Positions 28,499 through 36,945 of a stretch of DNA of 64,000 bases are shown here, in pieces (positions within the stretch are counted from its first letter, which is position 1; each line of letters opens with the position of its first letter). The stretch is from Deltaproteobacteria bacterium (GTDB lineage: Bacteria; Myxococcota; Kuafuiibacteriia; Kuafuiibacteriales; Kuafuiibacteriaceae). The position numbers and the translations under genes were made by a program. Below the pieces are notes generated by a model. The model searched no databases. It saw nothing but the letters and a program-made list of their open reading frames with translations, and was not told the DNA's origin. The stretch spans positions 416,001 to 480,000 of the forward strand of contig JAVJQW010000011.1 in NCBI GenBank assembly GCA_040218735.1. Reading direction: 5' to 3'.

Positions 28499-29758
28499 GT
28501 GGTGACCATCGATCGACGTGATTTCTTGAGACGCTCGCTGGTCTTCTCCGGCGGCGTGCTCGCCGGCTGCCAGTCCAAGGACATCCCCGTCGTCGACCTC
28601 CGCGACGGCGGCACGCCGCGCGTCGACGCGGGTTTCATGGACGCCGGCGTCACCGACGCGGGCCTCGCCGACGCCGGCGTCGCGACCTGCGACGAGACGT
28701 TCACCACGAGCGCGCTGCGCGGCGTCCTCGACTTCGACGACGCCAACGGCGTCAACTTCCACGAGCTGCGCAACCAGGGTTGGGACGGGCGCCTCTACAC
28801 CGACCTCTCCGTCGTCGACGCGAGTCGGACGACGATCGGCAACGACGAGTTCTACGTCCGGACCTTCTACCCCGACCTGCTCATGCCGTCGGGACCGTGG
28901 CAGATCGAGGTCAGCGGTCTCGCCGACGCGACGACGTTGGACCTCGCGGATCTGTCCCCCCTCGCCGTCGACCAAGGGCCGGTGTTCCTGGAGTGCTCGG
29001 GCAACGGGAGCGGCGCGGCGTTCGGGCTCATGTCCTCCGCCGAGTGGCGCGGCGTCCCCATCGCCGAGGTGCTCGGGCGCGTCACGATCGATCCCGCCGC
29101 GACGCGCGTCGAGATCGGCGGATTCGACGACCACTCCGTCCCGTCCGCAGGCGGCCACTCCACGCCGGGTGCGTCCTGGATCTTCACGTTCGACCAGCTC
29201 CTCGACGCCGGCGCGTTCCTCGCGACCGAGATGAACGGTGAGCCCCTCCCCCCGAACCACGGCGAGCCGGTCCGACTGATGGTCCCCGGCTGGTACGGCT
29301 GCTGCGCGATCAAGTGGGTGAACACGATCCGGTTCGTCGACGACAGCGAGCCCGCGACCTCGCAGATGCTCGAGTTCGCGTCGCGCACCCACCAGCCACG
29401 CGGCGCGCAGCTCGCGCGTGACTTCCGCCCCGCTCAGATGCACCAGGCCGCGATGCCCACACGCGTCGAACGACACCTCGTCGGCGGCGAGACGGTGTAC
29501 CGGATCATCGGCATCATGTGGGGCAGCACGCGGCCGACGGATCGCCTCGCGATCCGCTTCGACGACGGTCCGTCCGAGCCGGTGGACGTCTGTCCCGCGC
29601 AGACCACGAACCGCACCTGGACGATCTGGGAGCACGCGTGGCGCCCGACGACGGCGAAGCGCTACCGCGTCCGCATGGCGATCGACGATCCCGCGATCCC
29701 GACCAACCGCCTCGACGCCGGCTACTACGAACGCGAGATCGTGATCACCGACGTCTGA
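28499..29758 (+). CDS. Tat-exported molybdopterin oxidoreductase, sulfite oxidase family
   Basis: DRRDFL plus LAGC; FYVR, FLECSGN (Mo-ligating Cys), MNGEPLPPNHGEPVRLMVPGWYG...IKW. Confidence 0.9.
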   Translation: MVTIDRRDFLRRSLVFSGGVLAGCQSKDIPVVDLRDGGTPRVDAGFMDAGVTDAGLADAGVATCDETFTTSALRGVLDFDDANGVNFHELRNQGWDGRLYTDLSVVDASRTTIGNDEFYVRTFYPDLLMPSGPWQIEVSGLADATTLDLADLSPLAVDQGPVFLECSGNGSGAAFGLMSSAEWRGVPIAEVLGRVTIDPAATRVEIGGFDDHSVPSAGGHSTPGASWIFTFDQLLDAGAFLATEMNGEPLPPNHGEPVRLMVPGWYGCCAIKWVNTIRFVDDSEPATSQMLEFASRTHQPRGAQLARDFRPAQMHQAAMPTRVERHLVGGETVYRIIGIMWGSTRPTDRLAIRFDDGPSEPVDVCPAQTTNRTWTIWEHAWRPTTAKRYRVRMAIDDPAIPTNRLDAGYYEREIVITDV

Positions 29759-30818
29759 CGCTTCCGCCGTCGACGTAGAGCTCGGTGGCGTTCGACAGGT
29801 CGACGGGCCACGCGCCGCGGTCGCCGTCCGAGAGCCGCACGCGCAGCACACGCTCGACGTCCAGCCCACCGCGAACGTCGACGTCGCCGGACAACGCGTA
29901 CACGAAGACGTCGCCGCGACCGCGAACCTCGAAGCGACCGCCATCCACGATCAGCGCGGTGCCTTCGTCGATGCCGATCCCCCGAGGCGCGTCGATCCCG
30001 AAGTCGAGTTTGACGCGCGCGAGGAACGCGATGAGGCGGCCTTCGCGCTCGCGCTCCGAGAAGTGGGTGTCGACCAACACGTCCGCGAGCTCCGGCTGGC
30101 CGAACGGCGAGCGGCGCACCGAGACGGCGGCGTCGCTCGGCTCGCGCAACGCGGTGCGAGATCGGATGCCACCTTCGGCGGCGTCGAAGCTGAACGCACC
30201 GAGGGACATCGCCCCCGCGCTCGTGCCGCCGATCGTGCGACCGTCCGAGACGCCGTCGAGGGCTGCGAGGAGCGGCTCGGGCCAAGTGAGGTACTTGTGC
30301 TGATCGCCGCCGGCGAGCCACACCGCGCCGGCGCCTTCGACGCGTTCGACCACCGCGCGGTCGCCGCCCGCATCGCGTTCGTCGATGCGCAGCGAAGTGA
30401 CCGCGCCCGGTTTGGGGTCCGCGCCGACGTCATCGAAGAAGTAGTCGTTGTAGCTGGACGTCGAGCCCGACGCGCGGAGCACGACGACGTCGCCTCCGCC
30501 CGCGCCCTCCGTGAAACGCCGCGACGCGCCGTCGTCCTCGGCGCCGCCGCCCATCAACACGATACGTCGATGCGGCGTCGCGTCGACCGCGCCGGGGACG
30601 CCGACGACCTCGGAAGCGACCCCCGCAGGGAGCCGCGCGAAGCGACGGTTCGCGCGACGGCGTGTCGCGAGGAGCCCACCGCCGGGGCCGGACGCCGTCG
30701 GCGTGGGTGTACCCGGTGAGGGCCCGAACGGCGTGGGGAGCGGCGTCGCCTCCACCGGCTCGTCGGCCGCCGACGTCGGGACACAAATCCCCGAAGTAGA
30801 GCCCGGCGGGCGAACCAT
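29745..30818 (-). CDS. Cyanophycinase-like peptidase S51 with disordered N-terminal extension
   Basis: LMGGG, WLAGGDQ, GGTSAGAM, DTHFSEREREGRL, GIGIDEGTAL. Start ATG 30818; the longer ORF-track version is an antisense extension. Confidence 0.85.
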   Translation of the reverse strand: MVRPPGSTSGICVPTSAADEPVEATPLPTPFGPSPGTPTPTASGPGGGLLATRRRANRRFARLPAGVASEVVGVPGAVDATPHRRIVLMGGGAEDDGASRRFTEGAGGGDVVVLRASGSTSSYNDYFFDDVGADPKPGAVTSLRIDERDAGGDRAVVERVEGAGAVWLAGGDQHKYLTWPEPLLAALDGVSDGRTIGGTSAGAMSLGAFSFDAAEGGIRSRTALREPSDAAVSVRRSPFGQPELADVLVDTHFSEREREGRLIAFLARVKLDFGIDAPRGIGIDEGTALIVDGGRFEVRGRGDVFVYALSGDVDVRGGLDVERVLRVRLSDGDRGAWPVDLSNATELYVDGGSVRRR

Positions 30819-30921
30819 CCCCGCCACCGTAGGCAGGCGGAAGATGGGTGTCCAACCGAAACCGCGGCACGCGTGCCCGGGGGCGCGACGAAGTGCGCGG
30901 ATGGACGGAAGTGTCACGCGC

Positions 30922-30937
30922 TGGCACGGTCTCTGCG
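30922..30937 (+). promoter_or_regulatory. Sigma-54 promoter
   Basis: TGGCAC-GGTCT-CTGCG; ATG 30951 lies 15 nt after the -12 C. Confidence 0.6.
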
Positions 30938-30950
30938 AACCGGCCTCCGC

Positions 30951-31313
30951 ATGAAACGACCTGGGTTCCTCCTCTCCATCCTCCTCGCCGCCGCGCTCTG
31001 TTCGTGCGGCGTCGAGACATGCTCGCTGGTGCTCATCTATGGCCTCAACGTCACCGTCGTGGACGACGTCAGCGGGCGCGAGCTCTGCAGCGCCGACGTC
31101 ACCGCGGTCGACGGGAGCTACTCCGAGCCGCTCACGACCTTCACTTCGACCGCCCCCTGCGCGTACGTCGGCGCGGGCGAGCGCGAGGGCACCTACGAGA
31201 TCCGCGTCGAAGCGGCGGGATACCAACCGCGGACGATCACCGACGTGGAGGTCGAGGACGGCGGCTGCCACGTGAAGCCGCAGACGGTCGAAGTGCGCCT
31301 GCAACCGAACTGA
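30951..31313 (+). CDS. Small lipoprotein with carboxypeptidase-regulatory-like domain
   Basis: ALCSC lipobox; GLNVTVVD, GTYEIRVEAAGY. Confidence 0.8.
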   Translation: MKRPGFLLSILLAAALCSCGVETCSLVLIYGLNVTVVDDVSGRELCSADVTAVDGSYSEPLTTFTSTAPCAYVGAGEREGTYEIRVEAAGYQPRTITDVEVEDGGCHVKPQTVEVRLQPN

Positions 31314-31464
31314 CGAACGCTCCGGCTGTGCAGCGAGGTTGGCACCGGCAAGTGCCCGTCGCGCGGTCCAGATCCGGCGCGCATCGCGGCGCGCTGGTGC
31401 ACACGCCCGCGATGGGTGTTCAGCCGACCTGGCACTTCGGGGCCCCTCGCGACCGTCCGCAGGC

Positions 31465-31480
31465 TGGCATGCGGGTTGCT
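31465..31480 (+). promoter_or_regulatory. Sigma-54 promoter
   Basis: TGGCAT-GCGGG-TTGCT; ATG 31494 lies 15 nt after the -12 C. Confidence 0.7.
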
Positions 31481-31493
31481 CTAGACGGCGCAC

Positions 31494-32465
31494 ATGAAAC
31501 TGCACACCGCTTCTTGTCTCCTCTCCTCCGCCCTCCTCCTCTCGACCGCCTGCGGTGGCGCCGAAGGCCCGCGCGAAGGCGCGTCCGTCGGCAGCAAGGG
31601 CCAGGCCGCCGAAGCCGCGTACGGCGTCGTCGACACCAAACAAGGGCTCGAGCAGAGCTCCACGGGTCGGGGCCTGATCCCCGCGCAGCTCGTCACCGGC
31701 GACGGCATCGAAGGCACGAACCGCTTCGAGGTCGAAGGCCAGTCGGGCCGCGCGATCGTCGAGGCGTCCGCGTCCGTCTCGGGCAGCAACGTCCGCCACA
31801 CCTACGAGGTCACCTTCGAAGCGTTCAGCTGGGACGGCGTCGACTTCTACGACGGCAGCGTCCGCTACGAAGGCGAAGTCTCGACCGACGGCAGCGGCGC
31901 CACGATCCGCGAGCACGTCGTCGGACGCTGCGAGACCTGGGGCCGCTACAAGGCGACGCTCGACATGGACGTGACCATCGAGGTCATCGCCGACGCGAGC
32001 GGCGTCCGCCTGCGCGTCGACGGGCGCATCGAAGCGGACGGCGAGCGCTTCGACTACAGCGGCAGCGAAGTGGTCATCGGCTCCGACGGCCGCATCAGCG
32101 TCGACGGCCAGGTCGAGGTCGACGACGGCAACGTCATCGTCGACGACAACAACGACAACAACGACAACAACGACAACAACGACGACGCGCGTTGCCGCGG
32201 CACCTACTCGGGCAGCTACCAGGGCGACGCGGTCGGCGTGGTCGAGGCCGAGCTCGAGGGCGATCTCTTCCGCCTCACGTTCATCTCGGACCTGGCCGGC
32301 TCGCCGATCACGTACACCTTCCCGGTCGACGGCGAAGGCAACGTTTCCGGGATGAGCTTCGACCTCACCGTCGACGCGGACCTGGACTTCGACAGCTGCG
32401 CGATCGCCGGCACGTGGCGCAACGCCGCCGGCAGCACCGGGACCTGGCAATCGCGGCGTGACTGA
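31494..32465 (+). CDS. Hypothetical beta-rich lipoprotein with DNN linker
   Basis: LSTAC lipobox; strong high-GC3 codon pattern. Confidence 0.75.
   Translation: MKLHTASCLLSSALLLSTACGGAEGPREGASVGSKGQAAEAAYGVVDTKQGLEQSSTGRGLIPAQLVTGDGIEGTNRFEVEGQSGRAIVEASASVSGSNVRHTYEVTFEAFSWDGVDFYDGSVRYEGEVSTDGSGATIREHVVGRCETWGRYKATLDMDVTIEVIADASGVRLRVDGRIEADGERFDYSGSEVVIGSDGRISVDGQVEVDDGNVIVDDNNDNNDNNDNNDDARCRGTYSGSYQGDAVGVVEAELEGDLFRLTFISDLAGSPITYTFPVDGEGNVSGMSFDLTVDADLDFDSCAIAGTWRNAAGSTGTWQSRRD
32145..32180 (+). repeat. (GACAACAAC)x4 in-frame tandem repeat
   Basis: Four perfect 9-bp copies encoding DNN. Confidence 0.9.
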
Positions 32466-32491
32466 CGCGTGATTTGTTAGACTCTTCGTCG

Positions 32492-33283
32492 ATGTCCCGG
32501 CCGAGCCTCGCTGACCTCAAGCGCCGCTACGTCGACGAAGCCCGCCCGCTCCCCGCGCGGATCAAACGTCAGCTCGAAGACGATCCGCGCCGGGGGGCCG
32601 AGGCCATCCTCACCGCCGTCGCGCGGCGTCAGCGCGCCAACCGCGCCGAGGGCCAACGCCTCCGCCGCATGCTCCGCTACGAACGCACGCTCTGGGACGA
32701 CGGCTGCACCTACGTCGCGGGCGTCGACGAAGCCGGGATGAGCCCGCTCGCGGGGCCGGTCGTCGCCGCCGCCGTCATCCTCGCGCCGGGCACGCGCATC
32801 GCGCAGGTGGACGACTCCAAGAAGCTCGACGCCGCCACCCGCGATCGCCTCGCCAACGAGATCAAACAGGTCGCCGTCGCGTGGGGCACCGGCCGCGCCG
32901 ACCCGCGCGAGATCGACACGATCAACATCTACCACGCGGGACTCCTCGCGATGCGGCGCGCGGTCGAGGCGCTCGGCGTCGCACCGGGGCACCTGCTGGT
33001 CGACGCACGCAAGGTGCCCGAGGTGACCGCGCCGCAGACCGCGATCATCGGCGGCGACGGCAAGAGCCTCTCGATCGCCGCGGCGTCGATCCTCGCGAAG
33101 ACGACGCGCGACGCGATCATGGATGCGCTGGACGCCGCGCACCCGGAGTACGGCTTCTGCCGGCACAAGGGGTACGGCGTCCCCGAACACCAACGCGCGT
33201 TGGTGCGGTACGGCGCGCTCCCCGAGCACCGACGTTCGTTCGCCGCCGTACAAAAGGTGGTTCAGAAGGTCGTCGAGCGCTGA
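32492..33283 (+). CDS. rnhB: Ribonuclease HII
   Basis: AGVDEAG, GPVVAAA, DDSKKL, SIAAASILAK, HKGYG, HRRSF. Confidence 0.95.
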   Translation: MSRPSLADLKRRYVDEARPLPARIKRQLEDDPRRGAEAILTAVARRQRANRAEGQRLRRMLRYERTLWDDGCTYVAGVDEAGMSPLAGPVVAAAVILAPGTRIAQVDDSKKLDAATRDRLANEIKQVAVAWGTGRADPREIDTINIYHAGLLAMRRAVEALGVAPGHLLVDARKVPEVTAPQTAIIGGDGKSLSIAAASILAKTTRDAIMDALDAAHPEYGFCRHKGYGVPEHQRALVRYGALPEHRRSFAAVQKVVQKVVER

Positions 33284-34510
33284 CTACTCCGCGAGGAGCC
33301 GCTCCAGGAGCGCTTCCTGCTCCTTCACCTGCGCGTCGTACAGCTCGGGGCGCGCGGGCCCGATGAACCCCGAGTGAATGCGGCGAACGCGTCCGTCGCG
33401 CCCGATGAAGACGGTGGTCGGGAACGACACGACGTTGGTGATGTCGGCGAGCAGCTCGTCGGCGTACTCGCCCCCGTCCGCGCTCGCGAGCAGGATCGGG
33501 TACGTGCGTTGGATGCGTTCCTCGAACAGCGCGATCTGCTTCCACGCCCGCACCGGGTCCTCCGTCTCCTCGAACGCGACGCCCACCACGACGAGCCCGC
33601 GCTCGCCGTAGCGGCGCGTCCAGTCGGCGAGCACGTCGGCCTGCTCCCAGCAGTTCGGGCACCACGTGCCGAAGATGTCGACGACGACGACGCGCCCCTC
33701 GAACCGTTCGTCCTTCGCGGTGACGATCGCGCCGCTGCGATCCGGGAACGCGAAGTCGAGGCGGCCGTCGTCGCTCGTGAGGGCGGTGATCGCGTACGGG
33801 TCGGGGAGCGTCGGCGCGGCGCTCTTCTTCATCGTCATCGAGAAGCTGTAGCCGTCGCTCCGCCACAGGATGCCGGCGAGGCTGCCGTCGGGCCGCGCCT
33901 CCATGAACAGGCTCCCCACGTGCGAGCCTTCGAAGCGCGACAGCCGCAGGACGCCGCGGTCGAAGTCACCGACGAGGAGGCGCGTCTCTCCGTAGGGCGT
34001 GAAGAAGATCGCGCGCACCTCACCTTCCTCGATCCGGATCGCGCCGTACGCTTCGAACTTCGTCCCCGCGACGTCGATCGTCGCGGCCCACTCGCCCGTG
34101 ATGTCTTCCACGGTGTCGGCGCCGGAGCGGTCGGGCGAGAGCGGATCGAAGCGCGGACCTTCGTGGCGCGTCGCGACGAACGCGACCCGCTCCCAGCCCT
34201 CCCCCATCGGCTTGGACCACGTGCCGACGAGACGATCGCCGTCGCGCCGCGCGACGAGCTTGGATTCGTACCAGGCGATCTCGAGCTCGAGCGCGTCGCC
34301 CCGCGCGATGACGGCCGACGTCGTCGCGTGCTCGGGACCGTTTTCGAACCAGGCGCGGTCGCCGGCGATGTGCAACGGGACGGGGAGCGGACCGAGCTCG
34401 GTGTCGAACACGACCCGCCATCGACCGTCGTACGACGGCGCGGCGTCCGGGGCGCGGGGGGTCGACGCGCAGGCCGACAGGACGACGAGGAGCCCCGCGT
34501 GACGCAGCAT
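33284..34510 (-). CDS. TlpA-family thiol-disulfide oxidoreductase lipoprotein
   Basis: LSAC lipobox; GTWCPNC; FPTTVFIGRDG. Confidence 0.88.
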   Translation of the reverse strand: MLRHAGLLVVLSACASTPRAPDAAPSYDGRWRVVFDTELGPLPVPLHIAGDRAWFENGPEHATTSAVIARGDALELEIAWYESKLVARRDGDRLVGTWSKPMGEGWERVAFVATRHEGPRFDPLSPDRSGADTVEDITGEWAATIDVAGTKFEAYGAIRIEEGEVRAIFFTPYGETRLLVGDFDRGVLRLSRFEGSHVGSLFMEARPDGSLAGILWRSDGYSFSMTMKKSAAPTLPDPYAITALTSDDGRLDFAFPDRSGAIVTAKDERFEGRVVVVDIFGTWCPNCWEQADVLADWTRRYGERGLVVVGVAFEETEDPVRAWKQIALFEERIQRTYPILLASADGGEYADELLADITNVVSFPTTVFIGRDGRVRRIHSGFIGPARPELYDAQVKEQEALLERLLAE

Positions 34511-34559
34511 CTGGCGGGGATCATACGCAACTTCGGGCCGGTTGACCGATCCCGATCAA

Positions 34560-34575
34560 CTGATCACATGTTCAG
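34560..34575. promoter_or_regulatory. LexA (SOS)-like operator
   Basis: CTGATCACATGTTCAG inside the palindromic AACTGA...TCAGTT, 3 nt before the ATG; TTGACC at 34542. Confidence 0.65.
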
Positions 34576-34578
34576 TTC

Positions 34579-35799
34579 ATGGATCGGCAGAGCAAACTGA
34601 AGGTGCTCGGGCAGGGGAATGACCACGAGCTCGACGGGCCGCCGACGCCGGGGCGGCGCGCGGTGACGAGTCAGTACGGCATCTTCGAGACGAAGACGGC
34701 GAAGTCGAAGCTGCCGGTGATGCGTACGATGATGACGTCGGCCTGCGCGCAGCGGTGTCGCTACTGCACGTTCGGGCTCGACGTCGACTTCAAGCGGGCG
34801 ACCTGGAAGACGGAGGAGCTCGCTCGAACGATGTCGGAGCTGTCCGACGCGGATCTCGCGCGAGGTCTGTTCCTCACGTCGGGCCTCGCGGGGAGCTCGG
34901 TGCGGATGATGGATCGGATGCTCGACGCGGTGCGGATACTCCGCACGAAGTACGCGTTCGACGGGTACGTCCACCTGAAGATCCTCCCCGGCGCGGAGGA
35001 CGCGCAGATCGAGGAGGCGGTGCGCCTCGCGGATCGTGTGTCGTTGAACCTGGAGGCGCCGACGGAGGGCGCGCTCGAGAAGATCGCGCCGGGCAAGTCA
35101 CTGTCGAAGGATCTCGCGCTCCGGCTGAAGGCGGTGCAGGCGCTGAAGGCCCGCGGCATCAAGCCGCGCTCGGGGTTGGTGACGCAGTTCGTGGTCGGGC
35201 CAGGCGGCGAGTCGGATCGCACGCTGCTCACTGCGGTCGACCGCCTCTACCAACGCTACGACGTGCGGCGCGCGTACTACTCCGCGTTCACGCCGGTGCT
35301 CGGGACGCCGATGGAGAACGAGCCGCCCGAGGCCCCCACGCGTGAGCTGCGGCTGTACCAAGCGGACTGGCTGCTTCGCTTCTACGGGTTCGCGCTCGAC
35401 GAGCTCCCGCTCGACGACGACGGCGCCCTCCCCCGCGAACAGGATCCGAAGACCGCGTGGGCGCTCGCCCGCCCCGAGCTGTGGCCGGTCGAGATCAATC
35501 GCGCGGACCGCGAGCTGCTCCTCCGCATCCCGGGGCTCGGCCCGACGAGCGTCGACCGCATCGTCCACACCCGACGGCGGACCACGCTGCGCAGCCCGGA
35601 GGATCTGCGCCGCCTCCGCATCCCGCCCAAGCGCGTGCGCAACTTCGTGCTGTTCGACGGACGTCACTACCCCGGACCGCAGAGCTGGATGATGCCCCCA
35701 CCCATCCAGCTGGAGCTGTTCGACCGCATCCGCGGCTTCGGGCGCCTCCCGGAGGATCGGCGCCGGATCGAGCCCGCGTCCGGAGGCACCTACGTGTGA
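34579..35799 (+). CDS. Putative DNA modification/repair radical SAM protein with HhH tail (TIGR03916-like)
   Basis: CAQRCRYC; GLFLTSG; YVHLKILPG; RELRLYQADWLLRFYGF; LLRIPGLG. Confidence 0.9.
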   Translation: MDRQSKLKVLGQGNDHELDGPPTPGRRAVTSQYGIFETKTAKSKLPVMRTMMTSACAQRCRYCTFGLDVDFKRATWKTEELARTMSELSDADLARGLFLTSGLAGSSVRMMDRMLDAVRILRTKYAFDGYVHLKILPGAEDAQIEEAVRLADRVSLNLEAPTEGALEKIAPGKSLSKDLALRLKAVQALKARGIKPRSGLVTQFVVGPGGESDRTLLTAVDRLYQRYDVRRAYYSAFTPVLGTPMENEPPEAPTRELRLYQADWLLRFYGFALDELPLDDDGALPREQDPKTAWALARPELWPVEINRADRELLLRIPGLGPTSVDRIVHTRRRTTLRSPEDLRRLRIPPKRVRNFVLFDGRHYPGPQSWMMPPPIQLELFDRIRGFGRLPEDRRRIEPASGGTYV

Positions 35800-35849
35800 C
35801 CGCGCTTGCACTTCGCGGCCTCGTCGTTGGGCGGGCTACGCTCGAAGGG

Positions 35850-36944
35850 ATGCGTGCCCCGCTCGTGCTGGTCCTCGCCCTCGCGTCACCGGCCGCCGAA
35901 GCCTCCGACGTCGTCGCGGTCTTCGACCTCGAGGCCCACGGCGTCCGGATCACCGACGCGACGCGACGCGCGCTCACCGACTACGCCGCAACCCGACTTG
36001 CGGCCGACGACCGGTACGCGATCGTCCCGCACCACGAGATCCGCAGCGCGCTGCGCCGCGAGAAGGCCGAGTCCTACAGGGCCTGCTACGACGAGGCCTG
36101 CCAGATCGAGATCGGCAAGGAGATCGCCGCGAACCTCACGCTGTCCACGAAGGTCTCCCGCATCGGGAGCAGCTGCGTGACCACGATGCGCCTCTACGAT
36201 CTGCGGTCCGCCGCGACCGTCCGCGCCGCCACCGCGCGCGGCGGGTGTGCTCGGGACGCGTGGGTCGTCGCCGTGGAGCGCTGCGTGGACGAGCTCCTCG
36301 GTCGCGCCGCCGCAGTGACGCTCGCCTCGCGCTCGGTGCGGATGCCGCCGCAGCCCGTCGAGCGCCCCGCCCGATCGATCGACGCGATGACCCTCGACAG
36401 CGCGCAGCTCCTCGCGCGGGACGGCCGGTGGTCGAAGCGCGATCGTCTCGCAGCGCGCGTGCTCCACCGCCTCGCCGACAAGTCCTCGGACCCGAGCGTG
36501 CACTTCCGCCTCGGGGTGCTCTACACGCAGGGCCCGTCGAAACACGACGACGCGATCACGGTCTTCGAGGGCGTCCTCCAGCGCTGGCCGAACGACGACG
36601 TCGCCCCCCGCGCGCGTTTCGAGCTCGCACGCCTCCTCGTCCTCCGCGGCGAGCTGACCCGCGCGCGCGCCGCGCTCGGCGATACCCAAGATGCACCGGC
36701 GGCGCTGCTCCGCGGGGAGATCAACCGACGCGAGTCGAGGTGGTCCGAGGCGCGCGGGGACTACGAATCGGCGCGCGTCGACCCGCAGCTTCGCGACGCC
36801 GCGGATTACCGGCTCGCGTGGCTCGCGTGGCGCGCGCGACGCGACGACGAAGCGCGCCGCCGTTTGGACGACGTCGTCGCAAACGGTCGCGACGCGCTCC
36901 GCGAGGCGGCGCAGACGGACCGCGCGTACTTCGACGCGAACTGA
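35850..36944 (+). CDS. Secreted protein: CsgG/TolB-N-like module plus TPR repeats
   Basis: Signal peptide; SYRACYDEACQIEIGKEIAA; HFRLGVLY and ARFELARL TPR-like helices. Confidence 0.75.
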   Translation: MRAPLVLVLALASPAAEASDVVAVFDLEAHGVRITDATRRALTDYAATRLAADDRYAIVPHHEIRSALRREKAESYRACYDEACQIEIGKEIAANLTLSTKVSRIGSSCVTTMRLYDLRSAATVRAATARGGCARDAWVVAVERCVDELLGRAAAVTLASRSVRMPPQPVERPARSIDAMTLDSAQLLARDGRWSKRDRLAARVLHRLADKSSDPSVHFRLGVLYTQGPSKHDDAITVFEGVLQRWPNDDVAPRARFELARLLVLRGELTRARAALGDTQDAPAALLRGEINRRESRWSEARGDYESARVDPQLRDAADYRLAWLAWRARRDDEARRRLDDVVANGRDALREAAQTDRAYFDAN

Positions 36945-36945
36945 C

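Noticed and set aside
30819-32450. 901-aa ORF suggesting a giant cyanophycinase fusion with a poly-Val tract
   Set aside because: The extension is antisense to two real lipoprotein genes; the poly-Val is the reverse of the DNN repeat.
32492-35799. rnhB and radical SAM gene as a DNA-repair operon
   Set aside because: They are separated by an oppositely oriented TlpA gene, so no shared transcript is evident.
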